This document shows, piece after piece, positions 26,774 through 35,966 of a stretch of DNA of 64,000 nucleotides. The notes beneath the pieces are model-generated. The model ran no database searches and was not told where the DNA came from. It saw only the letters and a list, made by a program, of their open reading frames with translations. The position numbers were made by a program, and so were the translations under genes. The first letter of the stretch is position 1. Every line of letters starts with the position of its first letter. This stretch comes from Candidatus Roizmanbacteria bacterium UBA1450 (GTDB lineage: Bacteria; Patescibacteriota; Microgenomatia; UBA1406; GWC2-37-13), in contig DCTC01000001.1 in NCBI GenBank assembly GCA_002329205.1, positions 18,530-82,529 on the forward strand, written 5' to 3'.

Positions 26774-27733
26774 ATGCACACGAACAAACCGATGAAAGTC
26801 TTTACCTGGCACATACACGGTACGTATCTGTATTACCTCACACAGACCCCGGTTGAATTTTATCTACCAGTCACGGGTGATAACAGTCCGGGATATGGAG
26901 GTCGGGCCGGAACATTTCCGTGGGGGAGACATGTGCATGAAATCCATGTGGATGATGTGAAGAGGCAGGATTTTGATGTTATTTTATTTCAATCTGATGA
27001 GAATTACACAAGGGATCAATTTGAGCTATTTACGGAATCTCAACGCAACAACTCAGCATTGATTTATCTGGAGCATGATCCTCCTCAAAAACATCCGACT
27101 AATACCAAGCATATCGTCGCGGACAAAAGAGTTCTTATTGTTCATGTCACGCATTTCAACAATCTGATGTGGGACAACAACGGCTGCCGCACGAAGGTGA
27201 TTGAACACGGCGTGAAGATCGATCCGGAGGCCATATATACAGGGGAAAAAGAAAAAGGGATTGTAGTGATAAACAATATTTCAAAACGTGGCAGAAGACT
27301 GGGGTTTGATATCTACCAAAAGATACAGCAAGAGATACCTCTTGAATTGGTAGGTTTGAACTCACAAGATGTCGACGGAGGATTGGGTGAAATTCCACCG
27401 CATAAGATATCAACGTTTATCGGACAATACCGTTTTTTCTTTAACCCGATCCGATACACAAGCCTGGGTCTGGCCTTATGCGAAGCTATGACAGTCGGAA
27501 TGCCAATCATTGGCTTGGCTACGACTGAAATGGTAACGGCAGTTCAAAATAACTATAACGGTTATGTTGATACTGATGTAAACCGGATTATCCTTCAGAT
27601 GCATAAATTGTTGGAGGATCACAAACTGGCCAAAGAATGGGGGCGAAACGCCGCGATACAGGCGCACACAAAATGGAACATAACCCGTTTTACCAATGAG
27701 TGGCTTGAGACTTTCAAAGAAGTTACCAATTAA
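26774..27733 (+). CDS. glycosyltransferase (GT-B fold, GT4-like C-terminal half)
   Basis: The C-terminal FFNPIRYTSLGLALCEAMTVGMPIIGLATTEM resembles the GT4 E-x7-E region. It is the first gene of the heptose cluster. Confidence 0.65.
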   Translation: MHTNKPMKVFTWHIHGTYLYYLTQTPVEFYLPVTGDNSPGYGGRAGTFPWGRHVHEIHVDDVKRQDFDVILFQSDENYTRDQFELFTESQRNNSALIYLEHDPPQKHPTNTKHIVADKRVLIVHVTHFNNLMWDNNGCRTKVIEHGVKIDPEAIYTGEKEKGIVVINNISKRGRRLGFDIYQKIQQEIPLELVGLNSQDVDGGLGEIPPHKISTFIGQYRFFFNPIRYTSLGLALCEAMTVGMPIIGLATTEMVTAVQNNYNGYVDTDVNRIILQMHKLLEDHKLAKEWGRNAAIQAHTKWNITRFTNEWLETFKEVTN

Positions 27734-27742
27734 CAACAACTT

Positions 27743-29650
27743 ATGAAAAGACAGATAGCATTTATCAGCGAACATGCATCTCCGCTTGCTGCGCTAGGAG
27801 GTGTGGACAGCGGAGGTCAAAATGTATACGTAGCGCAAGTTGCCAGACATCTCTCCAATCTGGGTTATCAAATTGATATGTACACCCGTTGGGATGATCC
27901 ATCTATGCCGCAAATAGTCAATTGGAGCCCTGGAGTCCGCGTTATTCATATAGAAGCCGGACAGAAATCATTTATCCCCAAAGAACAAATGCTTCCTCTT
28001 ATGGATGCATTCACAAAGAATATGCTTTCATTCATGGAATGCGAAGAAATTGAATACAAACTCATCCATGCGCATTTTTTTATGTCAGGACTTGTGGCTG
28101 CAAACATAAAAAAAAGAAAAGGTATTCCGTATGTTATTACATTTCATGCATTGGGTGAGGTACGAAAAAAATTCCAAGGTGAAGCAGATCATTTTCCTCC
28201 GGAGCGATATGACGTCGAAAAGAAAGTCGCGTTTGAAGCAGATAAAGTTATTGCCGAATGCCCTCAGGATAGAGAAGATTTGATCAATCTGTATGATGTC
28301 AATCCAGACAAAATTATAATGATCCCGGCAGGATTTAGTCCGCATGAATTTTATCCAATTGATCAGCTCGTCGCACGCAATGTACTCGGACTTGATCCGA
28401 AAGAACATATCATTCTTCAACTCGGCCGTATGGTACCGCGAAAAGGCGTTGAGAATGTTATCCGAGGAGTACACAGCCTCATTGTGAAGCATGATATGTC
28501 GGCACGTTTGCTGATAGTTGGAGGTGAATCCGATGATGCCGACCCGAAAAAAACACCTGAGATCAAACGATTGTTGCATATAGCACAAGAGCTTGAAATA
28601 GAAAACCATATCACTTTTGTCGGAAGACGTGACCGCAATCAATTAAAGTACTACTACGCTGCATCAGATGTTTTTGTCACAACTCCCTGGTATGAACCGT
28701 TCGGTATCACACCCCTTGAAGCAATGGCTTGCGGTATACCGGTCGTCGGTGCGCGGGTAGGGGGTATCAAATATTCAATACGCGAAGGGAAAACCGGTTA
28801 TCTGGTCTCCCCTGAGAACCCCGAAGAACTGAGCGAAAGACTCAGAGACATACTCTCAAACCCTCAGTTAAAACTGTTTTTTAAGCAAAATGCAATTGAA
28901 CGTGCAAACAGTTTGTTTACCTGGGCCAATATAGCGCATAGCATGTCCAGGCTTTATGAAGAAATTGTTTCTCTTACAGACATTTCTGTAGAGGATACGA
29001 TGTCACTCATAGAACACAATTTTGAACAGTTGATTGAGTCAGCCAATCTTTCAAGAGAACTTCTGCAAATCCCGATCGCAGATGCCGCTCATACTGTAGC
29101 ACATGCCCTGTCCCGAGGGAAAAAACTGCTTGCATGCGGCAACGGCGGCAGTGCGACTGATGCTCAGCATTTTGTCGGAGAGCTTGTCGGCCGCTTTCAA
29201 ATAGACGGAAGAAAGGCGTTGCCTGCTCTTGCTCTCAATGCAGACCCGGCTATTATCACAGCCTGGGCAAATGATTACTCCTACGATGATGTCTATGCAC
29301 GTCAGGTAGAAGCGCATGGTTCGCCCGGAGATATCTTTATGGGTATCAGCACAAGCGGAAGTTCCCGCAATATCATCAGAGCCTTTCGCCGAGCGCGAGA
29401 ACGGGGACTTATCACCATCGCACTTCTCGGCAAACAAGGAGGTCCTGCTCGAAATCTTGCCGACATTGCGATCGTTGTTCCATCGCTTGATACCACTCGC
29501 ATTCAGGAGATTCATATAAATATTATTCATACTCTTTGTGAAGTGATCGAACGGAAAATCATGTCAGAACAACTAGATGTCGAATCGTCTGTCCAAACAC
29601 TCAATCTATTTTCAGGAAGCTACAATCCCATACGACAAACACATTATTAA
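27743..29650 (+). CDS. fusion protein: GT4 glycosyltransferase + SIS-domain sedoheptulose-7-phosphate isomerase (GmhA)
   Basis: The N-terminal roughly 420 aa carry GGVDSGGQNVYV and EPFGITPLEAMACGIPVV, which are GT4 motifs. The C-terminal roughly 190 aa carry LLACGNGGSATDAQHFVGELVGRF, WANDYSYDDVYARQV, GISTSGSSRNII and RIQEIH, which are GmhA motifs. Confidence 0.85.
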   Translation: MKRQIAFISEHASPLAALGGVDSGGQNVYVAQVARHLSNLGYQIDMYTRWDDPSMPQIVNWSPGVRVIHIEAGQKSFIPKEQMLPLMDAFTKNMLSFMECEEIEYKLIHAHFFMSGLVAANIKKRKGIPYVITFHALGEVRKKFQGEADHFPPERYDVEKKVAFEADKVIAECPQDREDLINLYDVNPDKIIMIPAGFSPHEFYPIDQLVARNVLGLDPKEHIILQLGRMVPRKGVENVIRGVHSLIVKHDMSARLLIVGGESDDADPKKTPEIKRLLHIAQELEIENHITFVGRRDRNQLKYYYAASDVFVTTPWYEPFGITPLEAMACGIPVVGARVGGIKYSIREGKTGYLVSPENPEELSERLRDILSNPQLKLFFKQNAIERANSLFTWANIAHSMSRLYEEIVSLTDISVEDTMSLIEHNFEQLIESANLSRELLQIPIADAAHTVAHALSRGKKLLACGNGGSATDAQHFVGELVGRFQIDGRKALPALALNADPAIITAWANDYSYDDVYARQVEAHGSPGDIFMGISTSGSSRNIIRAFRRARERGLITIALLGKQGGPARNLADIAIVVPSLDTTRIQEIHINIIHTLCEVIERKIMSEQLDVESSVQTLNLFSGSYNPIRQTHY

Positions 29651-29664
29651 TTCTGTCTATTGTT

Positions 29665-30378
29665 ATGAACAACTTGAAAGGAAAAACAGCTTTGGTTACC
29701 GGAGGTAGCCAGGGACTAGGAGAACAGATTACACGTGTACTTGCAAATTCAGGTGTCCAAGTCGTTATTGGAGATATACAGGAAGATAAAGCACGTGAAC
29801 TATCTCAAACCATTGAGTATGTATCTGCTGTAAAACTTGATGTGAGTCGTGAAGACAATGTCAAAGAAGTTATCGAACGGATTGTAAAAATGCACGGAAA
29901 GCTGGATATCGTCGTCAACAATGCCGGTATTGATGTGACCAAATCAGTTGAAGACCTTTCTGTCGGGGAGTTTGAGCTGGTGGTGAAAGTAAACCTCATC
30001 GGTCCGTTTCTTGTCTCCAAATATGCTCTTGCGGAGATGAAAAAGAAGAAGAAAGGACATATTGTCAATATCGCGTCAACGGCAGCGAAACGTTCCTGGG
30101 CCAATGCATCCGCTTATCATGCGAGTAAATGGGGGCTTCTCGGTATGAGCCATGGCATGTATGTGGAAGCACGTGAACAGAATATAAAAGTATCAGCAGT
30201 TGTTGCTGGCGGCATGAGAACGCCGTTTATTCTTGAACGCTTTCCAGACACGCCACTGGATAAATTACAGGACCCCAGAAACGTAGCAGAGACTGTGAAG
30301 TTTGTCCTCATGCAGCCTGAGGAGACAATTATACCGGAAGTTATGGTACTACCGCTGATGGAATCCTCATGGCCATAA
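29665..30378 (+). CDS. classical short-chain dehydrogenase/reductase (SDR)
   Basis: TGGSQGLG (the TGxxxGxG motif), NNAG and the catalytic YHASK. At 237 aa it is a classical SDR, not an extended one. Confidence 0.85.
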   Translation: MNNLKGKTALVTGGSQGLGEQITRVLANSGVQVVIGDIQEDKARELSQTIEYVSAVKLDVSREDNVKEVIERIVKMHGKLDIVVNNAGIDVTKSVEDLSVGEFELVVKVNLIGPFLVSKYALAEMKKKKKGHIVNIASTAAKRSWANASAYHASKWGLLGMSHGMYVEAREQNIKVSAVVAGGMRTPFILERFPDTPLDKLQDPRNVAETVKFVLMQPEETIIPEVMVLPLMESSWP

Positions 30379-30425
30379 GAAGGTTTAGGCGGTAGTTACT
30401 AGTTATTATAAACATATTGGAAACT

Positions 30426-30974
30426 ATGAACAAAGCAATTTTTATTGACAAGGACGGAACACTCATCAAAGACATTCCATACAATATCAATCCTGAGAAA
30501 ATGAAACTCAATCCGGGTGCAGTGGATTTGCTGCGATATGCCCAAAAAAAAGGTTACAAGATCATTATTATTTCGAATCAGTCAGGAGTCGCAAGAGGAT
30601 TATTTAAAGAAAATGAGCTCAAAAAGGCCATAGCACGTCTTGAAAAACTGCTCAATAAAAGACATATTTCCATCGATGATTTTTTGTACTGTCCGCACCA
30701 CCCGGAAGGCAAAATAATAGATTATGCATTTTCTTGTGATTGCCGTAAACCGTCACCAGGCTTAATTATGAAGGCAAAAACCAAATATAACATTGACACA
30801 TCTCAGTCATGGATGATAGGAGATATCCTCAACGATATTGAGGCCGGAAATAATGCTGGCTGTTATACGGCGCTTGTCCACAACGGAGGTGAAACAATTT
30901 GGGAAACAGGGAACGCAACGAGACTACCTCATGTGATCGTATCACGTCTTGATCAATTGATAAAAATTATTTAG
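30426..30974 (+). CDS. gmhB: D-glycero-D-manno-heptose 1,7-bisphosphate phosphatase (HAD-IIIA)
   Basis: DKDGT nucleophile motif, Zn-site pattern CPHHP...CDCRKP, and GDILNDIEAG. The start is taken at the ATG at 30426 rather than the TTG at 30417. Confidence 0.85.
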   Translation: MNKAIFIDKDGTLIKDIPYNINPEKMKLNPGAVDLLRYAQKKGYKIIIISNQSGVARGLFKENELKKAIARLEKLLNKRHISIDDFLYCPHHPEGKIIDYAFSCDCRKPSPGLIMKAKTKYNIDTSQSWMIGDILNDIEAGNNAGCYTALVHNGGETIWETGNATRLPHVIVSRLDQLIKII

Positions 30975-30986
30975 CTATTTTCGATT

Positions 30987-32471
30987 ATGGCCACTTACCA
31001 ACATATTCTCAATAAATTTCATGATCTGAAGGTACTTGTTATCGGCGAAATGATGCTCGACTGTTATTTTAAAGGGACTTCTCAGCGTTTAAGCCGTGAA
31101 GCTCCTGTTCCAATCGTCGATCTCAAGGAAAAAGTTGATGTTCCAGGAGGAGCTGCCAATACGGCGCTCAACGTTGCTGCATTGGGGGCTCAAACATTTT
31201 TTCTCTCTGCAGGAGGAGATGATTATGAAGGAAACAAAATTCGCATGCAGCTTTCCGAAAAAAACGTTGATGTGAAGGGGGTTTATTTTGAAAATAAGCG
31301 TGAAACTATGACTAAAAAACGAATTATTTCAGATGATCAGCTATTGCTCCGGTATGACAACGGGTCAATGGGTAGAATTTCCAAAGATACGGAAATTCGC
31401 ATCATCCATTATCTGGACCAAAAATTCAAATTATTTGATGTCATCATTCTTTCAGACTATGATTACGGTATCTTTACTGACAATATCATTCGCCTGATCG
31501 CTTCGCTGCAAGATAAATATCACAAAGTGCTCATACTGGACTCAAAAAAACTAAGCCGGTTCAAACAAATTGAACTGACTGCAGTAAAACCCAACTATGA
31601 ACAGGTTGTTGAGCTATTGAACATTCAGCCTGTTCAGGAACATCGAGTAGATCAAATTCTCCAGCACGGCACAGATATTTTCGACCATGTACATACTCGG
31701 ATTGCCGCGTGTACCATTGATATCGACGGATGTGTTGTTTATGAACGTCACGCAAAACCGACAATCGTTCCGACCACTCCTATGCCCAACGCGAACGCTT
31801 CGGGCGCAGGAGATACGTTTGTGAGTGCTCTTTCCTTGGCTCTCGGTGCGGGTGCGCCCACACCTGAAGCGGCTATGATTGCATCTGCCGCGTCTTCAGT
31901 CGTCGTACAGCGGGATGGAACTACTCAATGTTCTTTTCATGAACTTGAAAAGAAACTGACTCCCCATAAAAAAATCGTATATAACATTGATGATCTTCAA
32001 CTTCTTGTACATCTGTACCGAAAAGAACAAAAGAAGATACTCTTTACCAACGGTTGTTTTGATATTATTCATTCCGGTCATATTTCATTTTTGAAAGAAG
32101 CAAAAACGATGGGAGATATCCTTATAGTCGGACTAAATGATGATGCAAGCGTCAAAGAAGTAACAGGCTATTTTCCTGAACATCCGATCGAAAAAAGAAT
32201 TGAAGTGCTAAAACAGCTCAATATTATTGATCATATCATTCCATTTCACGAGTCCATGCCTTCCGAACTTATAGCAGCAATCCGTCCGGATGTTTTTGTA
32301 AAAGGAGGAAATTACACAACAGAAGACATACCTGAAAGATCAATCGTTAAAAAATATAAGGGCGAAATCAAAATATTGCGCTTTCACACCGGCAAAAAGC
32401 AAACCGGATCGCGACCGGAAATGTTGCACTCCCAAATAAGCAAATTTCCGATTTCCCCCTTCCTTTTGTAA
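30987..32471 (+). CDS. hldE: bifunctional heptose 7-phosphate kinase / heptose 1-phosphate adenylyltransferase (HldE/RfaE)
   Basis: The N-terminal PfkB kinase domain carries VLVIGEMMLDCYFKGTSQRLSREAPVPIV and GAGDTF. The C-terminal cytidylyltransferase-like domain carries FTNGCFDIIHSGHISFL. Confidence 0.9.
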   Translation: MATYQHILNKFHDLKVLVIGEMMLDCYFKGTSQRLSREAPVPIVDLKEKVDVPGGAANTALNVAALGAQTFFLSAGGDDYEGNKIRMQLSEKNVDVKGVYFENKRETMTKKRIISDDQLLLRYDNGSMGRISKDTEIRIIHYLDQKFKLFDVIILSDYDYGIFTDNIIRLIASLQDKYHKVLILDSKKLSRFKQIELTAVKPNYEQVVELLNIQPVQEHRVDQILQHGTDIFDHVHTRIAACTIDIDGCVVYERHAKPTIVPTTPMPNANASGAGDTFVSALSLALGAGAPTPEAAMIASAASSVVVQRDGTTQCSFHELEKKLTPHKKIVYNIDDLQLLVHLYRKEQKKILFTNGCFDIIHSGHISFLKEAKTMGDILIVGLNDDASVKEVTGYFPEHPIEKRIEVLKQLNIIDHIIPFHESMPSELIAAIRPDVFVKGGNYTTEDIPERSIVKKYKGEIKILRFHTGKKQTGSRPEMLHSQISKFPISPFLL

Positions 32472-32526
32472 CAAGATTTATTATTTTCCACTACAATAGA
32501 AATATATCTATCAATTTCTCAATACT

Positions 32527-33036
32527 ATGGAGGATAAAATTATTACGGATTGGGATTATGCAGCCAACCTGATTTACAATTTTCGATCAATAAATAAAGA
32601 AATTGTATTTACAAATGGAGTTTTTGACATTATTCATCCGGGACATGTTGCTTATTTACAACAGGCACGGGAATTGGGGGATGTACTGGTAGTTGGAGTC
32701 AATACGGATGAAAGCGTCAGGCAATTCAAAGATCCAAGACGGCCAATCAACACACTCAAACAACGGATGACTGTGCTTGCGGGTCTCTCCATGGTCAGCT
32801 ATGTAGTTCCATTCGGAGAACCAACTGCCGTGGAAATTATCGGAGCACTCAAGCCGACTGTATATGTCAAAGGAGGGGATTATAAGGAGGAAGATATTCC
32901 AGAAGCGGCAACAGTGAGACAGCTTGAAGGTACTGTGAAGATACTTCCGTACAATAGCGAATTCTCAACAACTCAAATTATTAATACTATCCTGCAAAAA
33001 TATTCGAATGCACAGCCAGTGGAGCAGACACAATAA
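32527..33036 (+). CDS. stand-alone heptose 1-phosphate adenylyltransferase-like protein (RfaE domain II type)
   Basis: FTNGVFDIIHPGHVAYL, KDPRRPIN, VKGGDY and the C-terminal FSTTQII are all present, matching the canonical HldE domain II motifs. Confidence 0.8.
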   Translation: MEDKIITDWDYAANLIYNFRSINKEIVFTNGVFDIIHPGHVAYLQQARELGDVLVVGVNTDESVRQFKDPRRPINTLKQRMTVLAGLSMVSYVVPFGEPTAVEIIGALKPTVYVKGGDYKEEDIPEAATVRQLEGTVKILPYNSEFSTTQIINTILQKYSNAQPVEQTQ

Positions 33037-34114
33037 CATCCTTATCGTTCGCCCTGACAATATGGGTGACGTATTGATGTCCACTCCGGCGATACATGCA
33101 TTCAAACAATCATTCCCTGCAAGCAAATTGACTCTCCTTACCTCACAGGCTGGATTTGCTGCCGCCCCGATTCTTGCTGATATTGATGATTATATTGTTT
33201 TTGATCTTCCCTGGGTTGCCAATGAGAACGCCATCACGGTACACGGGATCAATACACTTATCAGCGACCTGAAAAGGAAACAGTTTGATGCAGCAATTAT
33301 ATTTACAGTATACAGTCAGAGTCCGTTGCCGACAGCTATGCTTTGCTATCAGGCAGGGATAAAACATATCGTAGCTTATTGTCGCGAAAATCCCTATGCT
33401 CTTATTTCTCACTGGATTCCTGATCGCGAACCATTGTATGAAATTCAGCATCAGGTGATACGGGATATAAATCTGGTCAAATCAATAGGTGCCCGATCTC
33501 GTGATACAAAGCTACGGATTTCGATTCCGGAATATGCTCAATCAGAGATTCACCGGTTTCTTGCCGAGCACGACATTGATACCACCAAACCGTGGCTCGT
33601 CATGCATCCCGGAGTGAGCGAAAAACGTCGGCAGTACCCGATCGAACAATTTGCTCTAGTCGGCAGGTTATTAAAGGAGAAACTCAATTTTCAACTGGTC
33701 TTAACCGGTACCAAATCAGAAAAAAAATTGCTCAAAACCATGGCAGGAGTTATCGGTTCTCCTGTTGCAATAGCAGATAATCTGTCAATGGAACTTTTTG
33801 CAGCACTAATTAAACAAACGAATTGCCTGATTGCCAACAATACCGGACCTGTACATATTGCAGCAGCGGCACAAACCCCTGTTGTTGTGTTATATGCGTT
33901 GACAAATCCTCAACATTTGCCATGGAAAACCCCTTATCGAGCGCTCCTTTTTGATGTCCCGGAAGAAAAAAAAAGTAACAATATCCTGCTTCAATACACC
34001 TATGATCGCTATTTTAAAAAAATTCACACCCCAACTCCTGAAATGATCGTCCAAGCAGTACAGAATCTCTTGAAAGGCAAGTCGGACGTACAGAAACAAG
34101 TAATCGAACTGTAA
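33008..34114 (+). CDS. glycosyltransferase family 9 (heptosyltransferase-like), second copy
   Basis: NILIVRPDNMGDVLMSTPAIHAFKQSFP (GT9 N-terminal motif), MHPGVSEKRRQYP and ANNTGPVHIAAAAQTPVVVLY. It overlaps the previous gene by 29 nt. Confidence 0.8.
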   Translation: MHSQWSRHNNILIVRPDNMGDVLMSTPAIHAFKQSFPASKLTLLTSQAGFAAAPILADIDDYIVFDLPWVANENAITVHGINTLISDLKRKQFDAAIIFTVYSQSPLPTAMLCYQAGIKHIVAYCRENPYALISHWIPDREPLYEIQHQVIRDINLVKSIGARSRDTKLRISIPEYAQSEIHRFLAEHDIDTTKPWLVMHPGVSEKRRQYPIEQFALVGRLLKEKLNFQLVLTGTKSEKKLLKTMAGVIGSPVAIADNLSMELFAALIKQTNCLIANNTGPVHIAAAAQTPVVVLYALTNPQHLPWKTPYRALLFDVPEEKKSNNILLQYTYDRYFKKIHTPTPEMIVQAVQNLLKGKSDVQKQVIEL

Positions 34115-34198
34115 ATAGCTCGATCATACGTTGCCGCCGAACCCAAACAACGACTACCTGCTACGCACTTTATATGGTAAAATAGTGAATCAAATATC

Positions 34199-34272
34199 GG
34201 GCGTATAGCTCAGTTGGCTAGAGCGTTACATTGACATTGTAAAGGTCTCAGGTTCAAGTCCTGATACGCCCA
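34199..34272 (+). tRNA. tRNA-Val (anticodon GAC)
   Basis: Acceptor GGGCGTA/TACGCCC, D arm GCTC-AGTTGGCTA-GAGC, anticodon stem-loop TTACA-TTGACAT-TGTAA, T arm TCAGG-TTCAAGT-CCTGA. Confidence 0.9.
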
Positions 34273-34407
34273 CACCGCCATATACCTTAATGTGTTACTA
34301 TCATACAAAGCAGTCTCAGGTTTCCCGATTCGCTTTGCTTCTCGGGATCTGTTTTCCGTAAGCCGATTCCCCAAAACAATTTGAATCAGCAACGGCAAAC
34401 TTGACAC

Positions 34408-34423
34408 GTCCTGATACGCCCAC
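34408..34423 (+). repeat. direct repeat of the tRNA-Val 3' end (GTCCTGATACGCCCAC)
   Basis: The 16-mer at 34258-34273 (T-arm 3' strand plus acceptor 3' strand) recurs exactly at 34408-34423. The 10-mer GTCTCAGGTT of the T arm also recurs, at about 34311. Confidence 0.7.
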
Positions 34424-34431
34424 TATTCATT

Positions 34432-34650
34432 ATGGAATATACTCCAAACAGCCATGAAGATCAGATTCTGCTTCTCAGATACCAGATGATTCTCATGCAG
34501 CTTGCAGGTATGTCCCAGCACCCAGGTTTCTCATTTCTTGAGACCACCGAAGAGAGAGATCCTATTGCCGATGCATGGGAACAGGCTGACCATCTCAAAA
34601 ATGAGCTTGACAAGAGGGGTATTACAATACCTGATTCTGATATACTATAA
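34432..34650 (+). CDS. small hypothetical protein
   Basis: 72-aa ORF with an ATG start that ends 5 nt before trpS. No family recognised. Confidence 0.45.
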   Translation: MEYTPNSHEDQILLLRYQMILMQLAGMSQHPGFSFLETTEERDPIADAWEQADHLKNELDKRGITIPDSDIL

Positions 34651-34655
34651 CTGCT

Positions 34656-35669
34656 ATGTCCAAACGCATTCTTTCCGGTATTACTCCAAGTTCAGAAAAA
34701 GGCCTACACTTAGGCAATTTTTTGGGTGCTGTAACACCACATCTTGAGTTTCAGGGTCAAGGGGAATGCTTTTATTTTATCGCTAACCTCCACGCACTGA
34801 ACAATGTTTTTGATCCCGAACAGGTACAAAATAATACGCTCAACATCTTCATCGAGTATCTTGCCTTTGGTCTTGATCCTCAAAAAACGACATTCTACAT
34901 TCAAAGCGATATTCCTGCTATTCCATACCTTCAAACCATTCTCAATAATGCAGTTACCGTAGCAGAACTACAGAGAATGCATGCTTATAAGGACAAACTT
35001 CAGAATGATGTATCACAGGACGCGATTAATTTCGGACTTTTCTCATATCCCGTACTGATGTCTGCTGATATTCTTCTGTTCAAGCCCGATATTATCCCTG
35101 TGGGTGAAGATCAAACGCAGCATGTAGAAATTTGCCGGGATATTGCCAGATCCTTTAATACGCGCTACGGAAATGTCCTGAAAGTACCTGAGCTCTATGT
35201 CAAAAAGGATGTTGCCCGAGTGCCCGGTATCGATGGTAAACGGAAAATGAGTAAATCTCTGGGAAATGATATACCGATATTTGCTGACGAACAGATTGTC
35301 AAAAAACAGATTATGGCTATCACCACCGATCCGGCTCGCATTCATCCCACAGATCCAGGCAACCCGGAGAAGAATGTCGCATTTAGCTTTATGCGTTTAC
35401 TCGAATATAACACTATCAAATCAGATACCATGCCGACACTTGAAGATATGGAAGAACGGTACCGTTCAGGCACGATAGGAGATGTCGAAATCAAGAAAAC
35501 CTTATTTACCGTATTTATGGAACGCTTTAGTGAAATAAGAAAGAAGAAAGAAGAATTGAAGCACAATATGGATTATATTATCGAGCTGCGGAAAAAAGGT
35601 GCTATACGGGCCAACGAAATTGCCGAAAAAACGATAGAAGAAGTCAAAGCAGCTGTCGGAGTGTTATAA
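34656..35669 (+). CDS. trpS: tryptophanyl-tRNA synthetase
   Basis: Class I HIGH-type motif (GLHLGNFLGA) and KMSKS (KRKMSKSLGN). The 337-aa size is typical of TrpRS. Confidence 0.9.
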   Translation: MSKRILSGITPSSEKGLHLGNFLGAVTPHLEFQGQGECFYFIANLHALNNVFDPEQVQNNTLNIFIEYLAFGLDPQKTTFYIQSDIPAIPYLQTILNNAVTVAELQRMHAYKDKLQNDVSQDAINFGLFSYPVLMSADILLFKPDIIPVGEDQTQHVEICRDIARSFNTRYGNVLKVPELYVKKDVARVPGIDGKRKMSKSLGNDIPIFADEQIVKKQIMAITTDPARIHPTDPGNPEKNVAFSFMRLLEYNTIKSDTMPTLEDMEERYRSGTIGDVEIKKTLFTVFMERFSEIRKKKEELKHNMDYIIELRKKGAIRANEIAEKTIEEVKAAVGVL

Positions 35670-35692
35670 AATCTTATCATTTGAATGCTCTT

Positions 35693-35899
35693 ATGCAACA
35701 AACATACACCTGTCCGAAGTGCTCCAACACCTCATTTTCGACGGAAGAAATCCGTGTTTCAGGCGGAGTTTTGAGCAGTATTTTCGATGTAGAAAATAAA
35801 GCATACACTGCGATTATCTGCACAAAATGCAAATTCACTGAATTTTATCAGGCAACTCGCGGAGAACTGGGAAAAATTCTGGACTTTTTTACTACCTAA
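35693..35899 (+). CDS. zinc-ribbon domain protein
   Basis: CPKC...CTKC forms a four-cysteine ribbon. The ATG at 35693 is preferred over the TTG at 35681. Confidence 0.65.
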   Translation: MQQTYTCPKCSNTSFSTEEIRVSGGVLSSIFDVENKAYTAIICTKCKFTEFYQATRGELGKILDFFTT

Positions 35900-35966
35900 A
35901 ATTCTACTGTTCCTTCTGCCATAAATAGCAGATGATTTTGTAACGAAAATTTTTTATTATTACCAT

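Noticed and set aside
34210-34407. 65-aa minus-strand ORF
   Set aside because: It overlaps tRNA-Val and the duplicated tRNA fragment. It is almost certainly non-coding.
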